Notes under the pieces: model-generated | The model's input: the letters and a program-made list of their open reading frames with translations, nothing else | Told to the model about the DNA's origin: nothing | Databases searched by the model: none | NCBI GenBank assembly: GCA_002497765.1 | Contig: DAET01000046.1 | Span: forward strand, 88,988 to 152,987 | DNA length: 64,000 nucleotides | From: Euryarchaeota archaeon UBA486 | Lineage (GTDB): Archaea > Thermoplasmatota > Poseidoniia > Poseidoniales > Poseidoniaceae | Reading direction: 5' to 3' | Shown here: in pieces, positions 1 to 8,949 of the stretch | How the letters are laid out: each line of letters opens with the position of its first letter | Numbering within the stretch: position 1 is the stretch's first letter | Program-made: the position numbers and the translations under genes

Positions 1-950
1 TGATCATCACCGGCCTCCAGGTCGGCGCTCATTCGGTCGGCGTGTCCGCCACGGACAGTTTCGGAGCCACGAGTTCCACCACGGGGGAGCTCGATGTGAG
101 CAATCAGGCCCCGCGAATCATCGATGTTGAGGTGGTGCCAACCTCCCTCGAGCGAGGTCAATCCGCCGTCATCAACGTTGAGGCCTACGACGGGCACGGC
201 GTTGATCGAGTTCAACTCGATCTTCGGGAGTACGGAGGCGAAGTCGTGAACATGACCTCCGAGGACAGGCTGGTTTGGGCGGCCATGGTCGAAATGCCCA
301 TCGGAATGAATCCGGGTCATCGGTCCATGCTGATCGTGGCCACCGACGATCTGGGGGCCATCACGCAGCAGCGGTTCTTCACGCCGGTCGATGAGGTTGG
401 AAGCCCTGTGTATGGGCCTCACCACGTCGCGTCGGAGGTGGAACTGCCAATCGAAATTCACATCCTCAACGACCGGCCCGTGCTGGTCAGCGACTCGGTA
501 CGCCTCGACAAAAATCCAGACGAGCAAGCGGTCTACACGGTCCAAGCGACCGATCCCGACGGCGTGGAACGCGTTCAAATCCGACTCGGCGTCTTTGCGC
601 CCATCGGTGGTGGCGAATGGGCCATGATGCACGACGACGGCGTGAACGGTGGCGATGAAGTGGCGGGCGACGGCACGTACAGCGTCCTCCTGTCCGTGCG
701 GGGTGGAACACCGCTTGGCACCCATCAAGTCTCGTTGAGGGCGTTTGACGTCTACGGGGAGTTGAACACGGATTCCGCCGTCATTACGCTCGCTGAACCC
801 GATACTCCGGGTGTCTCCGAAGGTGGCCTCAGCACCATGGTGCTTGGCGCCTTGGGGATGGTGGTCTTCCTCGGTGCCTTGGTGGTCCTTGCGTTGATGC
901 TTCGCCGAGGTGGTGGAGGCGAGGGTGGCGACCGCTTCGGCATGCAATGA
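1..950 (+). CDS. Cell-surface protein, 5' partial (frame open to window start). Tandem ~110-aa beta-rich domains, C-terminal TM anchor followed by RRGGGG tail
   Basis: ORF 42..950 is open in frame back to position 3. Repeated domain pattern (…VEAYDGHGVDRVQLDL… / …VQATDPDGVERVQIRL…). C-terminal hydrophobic helix LSTMVLGALGMVVFLGALVVLALML then RRGGGG. Confidence 0.5.
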   Translation, partial: IITGLQVGAHSVGVSATDSFGATSSTTGELDVSNQAPRIIDVEVVPTSLERGQSAVINVEAYDGHGVDRVQLDLREYGGEVVNMTSEDRLVWAAMVEMPIGMNPGHRSMLIVATDDLGAITQQRFFTPVDEVGSPVYGPHHVASEVELPIEIHILNDRPVLVSDSVRLDKNPDEQAVYTVQATDPDGVERVQIRLGVFAPIGGGEWAMMHDDGVNGGDEVAGDGTYSVLLSVRGGTPLGTHQVSLRAFDVYGELNTDSAVITLAEPDTPGVSEGGLSTMVLGALGMVVFLGALVVLALMLRRGGGGEGGDRFGMQ

Positions 951-1031
951 CATGGCTCGCTCATGGGGCTCTTCTGTCAATCCTTCTTCGCCGACAACCG
1001 TTTAAACTCCTTCAAGGTCGGACGGCTACCA

Positions 1032-1106
1032 GCGAGCGTAGTGTAGTGGTTATCACCGGGCGTTGCCAACGCCTGAACCCGGGTTCGAGTCCCGGCGCTC
1101 GCACCA
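1032..1106 (+). tRNA. tRNA-Gly (anticodon GCC), CCA encoded
   Basis: Cloverleaf read directly. Acceptor GCGAGCG/CGCTCGC, D-arm GTGTAGTGGTTATCAC, anticodon stem-loop CGGGCG-TTGCCAA-CGCCTG, T-arm CCGGGTTCGAGTCCCGG, discriminator A plus CCA. Confidence 0.85.
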
Positions 1107-1177
1107 CTGCGAGCCAATTGAGGTCATTTTCCTCTCAATGTTTATGGGATGAACGCCCCCAACACAAGCCGAGAGCC

Positions 1178-1498
1178 ATGAGCGACCGCAGAGTGATTTT
1201 TGTCGGCAAAAAGCCCCTTCATGCCTATGTCCGTGCCGTGGTCAAAGCCATGGAGGACGGTGACCGAGAAATTCAGTTGGTGGCCCGTGGCGCCACCATC
1301 TCAAGGGCGGTTGACGTGGCTGAAGTGTGCCGTCGAAGGAACGGCCACATCGCCCAAGGCTTGCCAGCATCCGTGAACATTCAGCACCTCTCGTGCGAAT
1401 CGGAAGAGGTCGAGGGTGAGAACGGTATGCGAACGGTGAGCGTGCTTCGCATCGACATGGAAGGCGTGGGCGACGTCCCCGAGCGTCAAGATGCTTGA
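1178..1498 (+). CDS. albA: Alba chromatin / DNA-RNA binding protein
   Basis: MSDRRVIFVGKKPLHAYVRAVVKAMEDGDREIQLVARGATISRAVDVAEV… matches the Alba family over its full ~106-aa length. ATG at 1178 with TATA-like TTTATG about 30 nt upstream. Confidence 0.85.
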   Translation: MSDRRVIFVGKKPLHAYVRAVVKAMEDGDREIQLVARGATISRAVDVAEVCRRRNGHIAQGLPASVNIQHLSCESEEVEGENGMRTVSVLRIDMEGVGDVPERQDA

Positions 1499-1857
1499 GC
1501 GGTCAACAATTCAAGCCTCCGCTGAATTTCCGCAGCCGTCGCCTCGTACACTTCATACGCTTGGCCGACCGGGTCTTCGAGCTCCCAATCCTGGTCGATT
1601 TTGATCGCCGGGCAGTGAACGCCGCATCCCATGGAGATGACCATGTCGAAATCACTCGGATCGAAGTGTTCCAAGGATTTGGGCGCCATGTCCTCCGTCG
1701 AGATGCCTCGGCCTTCAAGGAGGTTGACGGCATGCCTGGCGACCGCTTGGGCAGGATGAGTACCAGCTGAGGCGGCTTCAAAGCCCATGGATTTGGCCAA
1801 TCCTTCGGCCATCTGAGAGCGACAGGAGTTTCCGACACATACGAACAGGACCTTCAT
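1486..1857 (-). CDS. Arsenate reductase (thioredoxin-coupled) / low-molecular-weight protein-tyrosine phosphatase family
   Basis: MKVLFVCVGNSCRSQMAEG P-loop (CX5R) plus a downstream Cys pair (MGCGVHCP), typical of ArsC/LMW-PTP. Start taken at the internal ATG of the longer ORF 1486..2148. Confidence 0.7.
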   Translation of the reverse strand: MKVLFVCVGNSCRSQMAEGLAKSMGFEAASAGTHPAQAVARHAVNLLEGRGISTEDMAPKSLEHFDPSDFDMVISMGCGVHCPAIKIDQDWELEDPVGQAYEVYEATAAEIQRRLELLTAQAS

Positions 1858-1942
1858 GCAATCCACAAGCAGACGATGCCATTTAGACTCTCGCTCCATA
1901 GTATGTTGATGCCTTGACATACCACGGCGTACACGGCCGTTT

Positions 1943-2284
1943 GTGTGGCGAGCACTCGGGCTCAACGTGGGCGTGTTCGGGCTCCTCTTTGGACTCCACA
2001 TCGTGTTTGCAGCACGCGGCATGGACACTCCATTTGCCATGGTGGCTGCCCTCATCACCGTCCAGGTCGTTGCCTTTGGCCCCATTACGGCGTTGGGGAC
2101 TTCGCCCGAAGCTGGGATTGAGCGTCGTCGTGCGCTCCGCCGCAGCACTCCACTTTCGCTGGCGATGGCGATTGGACTGGCTTGGGCTTATGGCGGCATG
2201 GCGTGGTCGCTGCCGGCGCTTATCGGCGTGCTCGGGGCCACGGTGGTGGTTCACGGCGCCGCTGACCGTCGATGGTCGGCGTGA
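1943..2284 (+). CDS. Small hydrophobic membrane protein (hypothetical, 3-4 TM)
   Basis: 113-aa ORF in a 490-bp gap between the ArsC-like and Mrp genes. All-hydrophobic helices, no recognisable family. Confidence 0.3.
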   Translation: MWRALGLNVGVFGLLFGLHIVFAARGMDTPFAMVAALITVQVVAFGPITALGTSPEAGIERRRALRRSTPLSLAMAIGLAWAYGGMAWSLPALIGVLGATVVVHGAADRRWSA

Positions 2285-2344
2285 TGTGCGGTATCATTCC
2301 CCCCCTGTGGGTGGGTTGAAGTAGGCCAGTTTGGTGGTTACATC

Positions 2345-3355
2345 ATGGCGGATTCACCCGTATCCATCAACACCCCGGGCGGCGCAAACGAAGCACCGGC
2401 CGGTCCATCTCCCCAAGAGCAGAAGCAAATGGAACAGGCCTACGCTCAAATGAAGCGAAAGATGGCCATGGAGGAAATCGGTCGCAAGATCAAACACAAA
2501 ATCATGGTCTTGTCAGGCAAAGGCGGCGTTGGGAAATCCACCGTCTCCACCGGTCTCGCCCTCTCGCTGGCCCAACAAGGCCACACGGTGGGCATCCTCG
2601 ACATCGATATCACCGGGCCGAACGTCCCCAAAATGATGGGTCTCGACGGCCGTCGACTCCACGTCGAAAACAAGCGCATTCATCCTGCTCAAGGCCACCT
2701 TGGCGTGAAGGTCATCAGCATGGCCTTCCTGCTTGAGGACGAAGACACTCCGGTGGTTTGGCGTGGTCCCATCAAGTTGGGCGCCATTCAGCAATTCATC
2801 GGCGATGTGGAATGGGGAGAATTGGACTACCTCATCATCGATTTCCCACCCGGCACTTCAGACGAACCGTTGACGGTGGCGCAATCCCTTCCCGATATCG
2901 ACGGCATGGTCATCGTCACAACGCCGCAGCAAGTGGCGCTGCTCGACAGCCGAAAATCGATCACGTTTTCCGAATCCCTCAAGGTGCCCGTGCTCGGTGT
3001 CGTTGAGAACATGAGCGGGTTCACGGTGAACGGTACGACCTCACCGGGAGCCGAGGTCAACATCGCCGCTCCCGGCGGCAAAACGCTGGCCACCACGGCC
3101 GACGATGAGGGGAAGTTTTCCGTAAAGCTGGACATTTTCAAGGAAGGCGGAGGCAAGGAGACAGCCGAGGAATTCGGTGTTCCCTTCCTCGGCGCCTTAC
3201 CCTTTGACCCCGGGTTTGTTCGGGGCGGTGATGACGGTGTGCACCGAATCGTTTCCGAACCCGAGGGGCCCTCTGCAAAGGCCTTCGCCAAGGTCGTGAC
3301 GGCCATCCAAGACCAACTTTCAGACGGTGCCGACGGCGGCCTCGAAATCATTTGA
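2345..3355 (+). CDS. Mrp/NBP35 (ApbC) family P-loop ATPase, atypical: the C-terminal CXXC motif is replaced by a ~36-aa insertion
   Basis: Deviant Walker A VLSGKGGVGKST; Mrp signature ILDIDITGPNVPKMMGL; …VVENMSGF then TVNGTTSPGAEVNIAAPGGKTLATTADDEGKFSVKL in place of the canonical CPHCGE. Confidence 0.8.
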   Translation: MADSPVSINTPGGANEAPAGPSPQEQKQMEQAYAQMKRKMAMEEIGRKIKHKIMVLSGKGGVGKSTVSTGLALSLAQQGHTVGILDIDITGPNVPKMMGLDGRRLHVENKRIHPAQGHLGVKVISMAFLLEDEDTPVVWRGPIKLGAIQQFIGDVEWGELDYLIIDFPPGTSDEPLTVAQSLPDIDGMVIVTTPQQVALLDSRKSITFSESLKVPVLGVVENMSGFTVNGTTSPGAEVNIAAPGGKTLATTADDEGKFSVKLDIFKEGGGKETAEEFGVPFLGALPFDPGFVRGGDDGVHRIVSEPEGPSAKAFAKVVTAIQDQLSDGADGGLEII

Positions 3356-3364
3356 GGTGAGCAC

Positions 3365-3718
3365 ATGACCGAAGTCTTGCCCACGCTCAAGAAGCTTGAA
3401 CGCCGTGCACAAGACATGGTTCTCACCTACGACAACGGTTCCGACTACACCGTCACCTACGACGATGTGCGCCATGCCTGCCCCTGTGCAAAGTGCTCAC
3501 CCATGCGGAACGAGGACGACACCAGCCGCACGCTGCGTCGCCAAATCGAGGCGCTCCCATCGGAGAAACCCACGGTGCGAACGGTTGGAAAGTATGCCTT
3601 GGCGTTCGAATGGAAGCAAGGCTGCTCAAGCGGCATCTACCGATTCGAACGGATATACGATCTTGCCAACCGTCGCGACCCTGATCGAGGCAAGCCCTAC
3701 GTCCACGGCGCCTGGTAG
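3365..3718 (+). CDS. DUF971-family small protein (gamma-butyrobetaine hydroxylase N-terminal-like, Cys-rich)
   Basis: 117 aa, …DDVRHACPCAKCSPM… Cys cluster and overall DUF971 pattern. Starts 10 bp after the Mrp stop. Confidence 0.55.
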   Translation: MTEVLPTLKKLERRAQDMVLTYDNGSDYTVTYDDVRHACPCAKCSPMRNEDDTSRTLRRQIEALPSEKPTVRTVGKYALAFEWKQGCSSGIYRFERIYDLANRRDPDRGKPYVHGAW

Positions 3719-3795
3719 GCAGAACGCCTTCAATGCGGGCTGAATGACGACGCTTTGATGAAGGGACGGCGTGACCCAAAACTGGAGGCCACGCT

Positions 3796-5862
3796 GTGCA
3801 GAGTGTCTACTTGACCTGGATGATCAGCGCCCTGGCCTTGGGCGTCATCCTGCTTCCCGTGTTCAAACCGCCTTGGGCGAAGTTATCCCTCCCCCCCTTC
3901 GTGGATTTCTTCCGAAGGTACTGGGTCCACATTCTCATCGTGTTCGCCATCTACAACGCCAAGGACGTGCTCGACCAAGTGGACCGTTTGTTGATGGCGA
4001 GCACCGGCCTGGACATGACGCCGTACATTTGGGCCATCGAGGGTAACTTGGTGCTGTGGGTTCAGGAGACCTTTGAGGCGGATTGGTTGACCACTGCCCT
4101 GACGCATTTCTACGTCGCCGGCTTCATGTTCATCTGCTATGTTTCGGTGTTCTATTTCGCCTACTTCGATGACCGTTGGCTTGCCGACAGGGTAACCTTG
4201 TCCATCGCTTGGGTTTACATTCTCGCCGTACCGTTTTACCTCTTTTTCAACGTTCGAGTGACGGGCGACACCATTCCCGGAATGGAAACGTTGGCCTACA
4301 CCCTCACCCCCGAAATCGCTGACTGGTTCCGAAGGATTGATCCGTTCACGAACGGGATGCCGTCACTCCACATCGGGATCCCGTTTGCCGTGTGGTTGTG
4401 CTTGACGCGCTTTGACGACGATCGGCGATGGAATCGCTATCGCCTCACCGTGTTTGCCTACACCTTGCTCACGGCGTTCACCATCATCTACCTCGGCATT
4501 CACTGGTTCCTCGACATCATCGGAGGCATGCTCATCGCCGGCGCTGCGGTGTCCATGGCGGACCGTACCTCCAACGGTTGGTGGAAGTTTTTCGACGAGC
4601 GAACGATGAACGCTCGCATCGTTACCGTCTTGACCCGCCCTGGACAAGCCTGGGCGTGGTTCAGTGGTCGAATCAGTCAAGAATTCAAGCAGTACCGGTC
4701 ACCAACGAGTCGTGAGACCGGGCGAATGGCCGTGGCCATTTTGATCGTCGTGGCTGCCGTCATCACCTGGGATTTGACGCACCGTTCCCTCCCCGCAGGT
4801 GGCGTGGAAGCCCCTGAGTCAGCCGCCGTATCCGACGAATGGCTGGCAACGCTGGACAACCAAACCGAAGGGGTCTCCCTGTTGCTCCAGAACTTATCGG
4901 CGGCTGACGCTGCCTCCTACAAGGTGGATGTTCCCGGGCTGAGTTTGGATTCCACCCATGCCCTCCAAAACGATCTTCTCGTGGTGGCGAACGGCACAGC
5001 CCTGCTGATGTACGACGTTCATCAACCCGAACAGGTGCTCAGAACGTTGTCCCTCTCACAACCCGAGCACTTGTTGCTGTGCGAACTTGCCTCGTCAATG
5101 GTTCTTGTTTACACCCTCGATGGCGTGCTCGAGGTCACCGATCTTGAGGGCACACCCGTGCTTGTGTCGGATGAAGTACACGAAGGGATTGAGCAGTTGA
5201 CCTGTTCGGGCTCCGAAATCGCCTATGTTAACGGCGCGCGACCGATGGAAGTGACCGTTCTGCAACTTGGTGTTCGTGGCGAAGTTGGCTACACCATCAA
5301 CGCCTCTGCGCCGGTGGAGGAAGATGAGATTCTGGCGTCGTGGGGCACGCCGGTTGACATGGAAAACGCCACCGTACAAAGCATGGCCTTTGACCGGGAA
5401 TACCTCGCTGTGACGGTCAACGTTTCCGCCACCGACCGTTTAGTGCTCTACAACCGAACCACGGCCGAACAATGGTTGGCCAGCAATCCGAAGTACCACG
5501 TGTCCGACATATCCCTCGACCATGGGATCCTCGCGTGGTCGGTACGCGATCACCTCAACCCGCTCTCGCCTCAGGAAAAGTACCTCGACCGAGAAATCTA
5601 CTTCACAGAACTGGCGACCAATACCTCGTTTGTGTTGACGTCCGATTACAAAGATCAGTGGGGGCCATTGGTGCTTGAACATCAACTCGTCTACTTTGAG
5701 ATGGACGATGATACGATGTCGATGCGGGTTCATGCGTGGGAGCCCGAACTTCGTTTGTATTCCAGCCTCGTGTTGCAGGCCGGGGTTCTTGCAGCCTTCG
5801 TGGTTGTCGCTTGGAACATGTGGCAGCGCCAGAGTGAGCGCCGCCTGAGCCGTCAACCGTGA
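3796..5862 (+). CDS. PAP2-like (acid-phosphatase / phosphotransferase superfamily) polytopic membrane domain fused to a ~350-aa extracytoplasmic domain and a C-terminal TM anchor
   Basis: PSLHIG and GIHWFLDIIGG resemble PAP2 motifs 2 and 3 (catalytic His). Six N-terminal TM helices; C-terminal helix LVLQAGVLAAFVVVAW. Confidence 0.45.
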   Translation: MQSVYLTWMISALALGVILLPVFKPPWAKLSLPPFVDFFRRYWVHILIVFAIYNAKDVLDQVDRLLMASTGLDMTPYIWAIEGNLVLWVQETFEADWLTTALTHFYVAGFMFICYVSVFYFAYFDDRWLADRVTLSIAWVYILAVPFYLFFNVRVTGDTIPGMETLAYTLTPEIADWFRRIDPFTNGMPSLHIGIPFAVWLCLTRFDDDRRWNRYRLTVFAYTLLTAFTIIYLGIHWFLDIIGGMLIAGAAVSMADRTSNGWWKFFDERTMNARIVTVLTRPGQAWAWFSGRISQEFKQYRSPTSRETGRMAVAILIVVAAVITWDLTHRSLPAGGVEAPESAAVSDEWLATLDNQTEGVSLLLQNLSAADAASYKVDVPGLSLDSTHALQNDLLVVANGTALLMYDVHQPEQVLRTLSLSQPEHLLLCELASSMVLVYTLDGVLEVTDLEGTPVLVSDEVHEGIEQLTCSGSEIAYVNGARPMEVTVLQLGVRGEVGYTINASAPVEEDEILASWGTPVDMENATVQSMAFDREYLAVTVNVSATDRLVLYNRTTAEQWLASNPKYHVSDISLDHGILAWSVRDHLNPLSPQEKYLDREIYFTELATNTSFVLTSDYKDQWGPLVLEHQLVYFEMDDDTMSMRVHAWEPELRLYSSLVLQAGVLAAFVVVAWNMWQRQSERRLSRQP

Positions 5863-6533
5863 TATCGAACGCGGGTGCGAATGTCCTCGAGTCGAGCGTG
5901 AACCTCCTTCGCCGAGGGGACGGCACCGCCTTGGAGTACAGGTGCCGGCCCGAGTTCGTCCTCGGCAGCGAGGTAGCCCTCAATCACCCAATCAATGGCG
6001 CCCTCCCATTGCGGGTGCGATGCTCCCAGGATCTCGTCGAGAACGTGCAAATCAATACCGAAGCGCTCGACATCGTACTCCACCGAAGCAAGGCCAAAGT
6101 CGATCAGGTGAACGGTTTCTCCTTCGATGAGGATGTTGTTGCTTGACAGGTCACCGTGAGTGGTGGCCACGCGGTGGAGGCGTCTCACCGATGCGCCGAC
6201 ACGGCGAAGCATCGCTTTGGCCTCATCATCGGTGGTTGCTTCGTCGTTGAGCACATCGATCAACGGACGACCGCCGAGGTGTTCGATGATGAGCTGGCCG
6301 CCTTCGTAATCAAGGTCCCAAACGGAAGGCACGGAAAGGCCAGCTTTTCGGGTTCGGATGAGCAAGCGGGCTTCGCTGATCATGCGTCGCACCCCGAGGC
6401 GGTGGTCCAAATTGGGGTGGCGCCAGGAACGCGGTCGTCGTTGCTTTCGTACCGCTGGACGACCGAACCACTCACCCCTCCAAACCTCGGCCTCTGCACC
6501 GAGGTGAAGGCGCTCTGTTGGCATGAAGGCCAT
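5853..6533 (-). CDS. bud32: KEOPS complex kinase Bud32 (RIO-like atypical kinase)
   Basis: …LHLGAEAEVWRGEWFGRPAVRK… (glycine-rich loop equivalent), ISEARLL, HGDLSSNNILI catalytic loop, DFGLA. Start chosen at an internal Met; 10-bp convergent overlap with the previous gene. Confidence 0.7.
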   Translation of the reverse strand: MAFMPTERLHLGAEAEVWRGEWFGRPAVRKQRRPRSWRHPNLDHRLGVRRMISEARLLIRTRKAGLSVPSVWDLDYEGGQLIIEHLGGRPLIDVLNDEATTDDEAKAMLRRVGASVRRLHRVATTHGDLSSNNILIEGETVHLIDFGLASVEYDVERFGIDLHVLDEILGASHPQWEGAIDWVIEGYLAAEDELGPAPVLQGGAVPSAKEVHARLEDIRTRVRYHG

Positions 6534-6655
6534 GGGACGCCTCACCAAGGCCTTCTTTTTGAACGTTCATGCCCATCCGTTCCTTCAAAAAGGGTTGAGC
6601 GTTGGGGTTGGTGAGAGCCATGACGGTGACCCTCCCGATGTGTTCTGTCAACTTC

Positions 6656-7774
6656 ATGGACACCACGCTGTCCGTTGAAGAGCAAGCCATTGCCGACCGA
6701 ATTCAGGAACTGAAAGAACAGCTGGGTGATGATTTGCTCATCCTCGGCCATCATTACCAGCGGGACAGCATCGTGATGCACGCTGATTTCCTCGGCGACT
6801 CGTTCATGCTCAGTCAAAAGGCGGCTGAATCGGACGCCAAGTACATCGTCTTCTGCGGCGTCCACTTCATGGCTGAATCGGCTGATATTCTCACCTCCGA
6901 TGACCAGTCCGTGGTCCTCCCCAACCTTCGGGCGGGGTGTTCCATGGCTGACATGGCCACGCTGGCCGAAGTTGAGGTGGCATGGCAGGAGTTGCTCGAC
7001 CAATCGGGTCTTTCCGACCCCATCAGCCGCGAACATCCCGAGGATGTGGCGGGTGAGGGAGAAGCCTACCTCGTGCCCGTCACTTACATGAATTCAAGTG
7101 CTGACCTGAAGGATTTCGTGGGGCGTCACGGAGGCGTGGTTTGCACCTCGTCCAACGCCGAGGGCGTGTTGAATTGGGCCTTTGAGCGAGCCGGGCCAAA
7201 GGGTGCGGTGTTGTTCTTCCCCGACCAACACTTGGGGCGAAACACCGGGCTTGCCATGGGTATTTCTGAGGACCGAATGCCCACCTGGACGCCGGGCTTC
7301 GGCGCCATGGGCTCGCTGGACGACGCTCGCATCGTGCTGTGGCACGGTTTTTGCTCGGTTCACAAGCGCTTCACGCCTCAACAAATCGCCGAATTCCGTG
7401 AGCAACACCCAGACGGCATTGTCGTGGTTCACCCCGAGTGCCCGAAGGAGACGGTCGAACTCGCAGACGCTTACGGCTCAACCCAATACATTCGCAATTT
7501 CGTGAACGAGCAGCCCGCCGGGGCCTCCATCGCCATTGGGACGGAGATCAACATGGTCGCCAGGTTGGCCCAAGAACACCCCGACAAGCACATCGAGTGC
7601 TTGGACGAGGAAATTTGCCCTTGCTCCACCATGTACATGATTCACCCTGCGTACCTGATGGACGTGTTGGAACGCCTGGTCGACGGTGAAATTCCCAATC
7701 AAATCGTGGTGCCAGAGGCCGTCCAAGCCGGTTCCTTGTTGGCGCTTAACCGCATGCTGGCGATTCTGAAGTGA
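6656..7774 (+). CDS. nadA: Quinolinate synthase NadA
   Basis: …LLILGHHYQRDSIVMHADFLGDSFMLSQKAAES…IVFCGVHFMAES…; conserved Cys in …CSMADM…, …CSVH…, …CPCSTM…. Start at ATG 6656 (MDTTLSVEE). Confidence 0.85.
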   Translation: MDTTLSVEEQAIADRIQELKEQLGDDLLILGHHYQRDSIVMHADFLGDSFMLSQKAAESDAKYIVFCGVHFMAESADILTSDDQSVVLPNLRAGCSMADMATLAEVEVAWQELLDQSGLSDPISREHPEDVAGEGEAYLVPVTYMNSSADLKDFVGRHGGVVCTSSNAEGVLNWAFERAGPKGAVLFFPDQHLGRNTGLAMGISEDRMPTWTPGFGAMGSLDDARIVLWHGFCSVHKRFTPQQIAEFREQHPDGIVVVHPECPKETVELADAYGSTQYIRNFVNEQPAGASIAIGTEINMVARLAQEHPDKHIECLDEEICPCSTMYMIHPAYLMDVLERLVDGEIPNQIVVPEAVQAGSLLALNRMLAILK

Positions 7775-7777
7775 GGC

Positions 7778-8146
7778 TCAGAAGACCGCTTGACCGCCTT
7801 TCCACCCTACCAGCGCCAACACGGGCCCGAGAACTGCACTGGCGAACACATAGGTTCCTGCACGACGCCAGTGACCTGCCTCGACCATGGTGATGGTTTC
7901 CACCGAGAACGTGGACATCGTCGTGAAGGCCCCCAACAACCCAACGCCCAGCAGCAGGGTTTGAGACTCGGAGAGCGTGCTGGCGAGGGTAGCAGCGGCG
8001 ACCAAGCCCAGAAGCAAGGAACCGACCAGATTCACGCTGAGGGTGGCCCAAGGAAAACCGGTATCGGGCGTGGCTTCACTGATGGAGAACCTCAACACCG
8101 CGCCAACGGCGCCGCCGACAGCGACGAGCATCCAATTTGAGAGCAT
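7778..8146 (-). CDS. crcB: Fluoride ion channel CrcB/FluC
   Basis: MLVAVGGAVGAVLRF…GFPWATLSVNLVGSLLLG…GAFTTMSTFSVE is a typical CrcB 4-TM fold. Start set at an internal Met of ORF 7778..8233. Confidence 0.75.
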   Translation of the reverse strand: MLSNWMLVAVGGAVGAVLRFSISEATPDTGFPWATLSVNLVGSLLLGLVAAATLASTLSESQTLLLGVGLLGAFTTMSTFSVETITMVEAGHWRRAGTYVFASAVLGPVLALVGWKGGQAVF

Positions 8147-8244
8147 GAAGAAGGCTGGTCTGCACGGGCTAAAGTCTCTCCTTTTCCCGGGATGGTTTCG
8201 ATACGAACGGGCACGGTCATTAGCCGTCACCAAGAAGACCCGCC

Positions 8245-8910
8245 ATGGACACGACCGTTTGGTTTCTCACCTCGAATGCTGGAAAGTTGGCTGAGGCCTC
8301 CCATCACTTCTCTGAACTGGGCATGACGGTTCGTGCCCTCGAGGTTCCTGAGGGGTCGATTGTCGAGCCTCAGGCGTCAACCCTCGAGGAGGTTGCGGAG
8401 GCCAAAATTCGGCAGGCGATGGAGCACCTTCCTCACGAGGGTGCCATGGTACTGGTGGAGGATGCTGGCTTGTTTGTGGATGCACTCGATGGATTCCCCG
8501 GCGTGTATTCATCCTACGTTCACGAAACGGTCGGCAATGCAGGCATGTTGCGATTGCTCGCCCATCTCCTGAGCGAGGACCCCGCTCGTTCGAAGCGCCT
8601 CCGCTCTGCCTCCTTTCAAGCCGTTGCGGCCTTGTGGGACGGTCATGAAATTCATGTTGGAAAGGGCGTCTGTCAGGGGTCAATCGCCCATGAGGCCAAA
8701 GGGGAAGGCGGCTTTGGATACGACCCGATTTTCATTCCCTCGGATTTGGACGAGGAAGGGAGGCCCCTCGACCCTGAAACCCTCGGTGCGGTGAGCACAC
8801 ACGGCCAAACCTTCGGGTCAGTGGACGCCGAAATGAAACACCAATTCAGCCACCGGCGACGGGCGCTGGATGACATTGTGCGACAAGTGCAGCACCTCGT
8901 CAACCGATGA
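8245..8910 (+). CDS. Non-canonical purine NTP pyrophosphatase (RdgB/Ham1/ITPase family)
   Basis: …FLTSNAGKLAEA…; …GFGYDPIF… signature; HRRRAL near the C-terminus. Confidence 0.8.
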   Translation: MDTTVWFLTSNAGKLAEASHHFSELGMTVRALEVPEGSIVEPQASTLEEVAEAKIRQAMEHLPHEGAMVLVEDAGLFVDALDGFPGVYSSYVHETVGNAGMLRLLAHLLSEDPARSKRLRSASFQAVAALWDGHEIHVGKGVCQGSIAHEAKGEGGFGYDPIFIPSDLDEEGRPLDPETLGAVSTHGQTFGSVDAEMKHQFSHRRRALDDIVRQVQHLVNR

Positions 8911-8949
8911 GAACTCCATGTGTCCATCACCGTCATAAAGAACCGATGA

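Noticed and set aside
8147-8300. Possible fluoride (crcB-motif) riboswitch upstream of crcB: on the minus strand GCUAAUGAC occurs ~70 nt before the CrcB start, and GUGAUGGGAGG further upstream
   Set aside because: The 5' half (GGCGAUGGxGUUCGCC…AAACGC) and pseudoknot complementarity are not convincingly present. The spacing is too long. The region also overlaps the 5' end of the ITPase CDS on the opposite strand. A cmsearch with RF01734 would settle it
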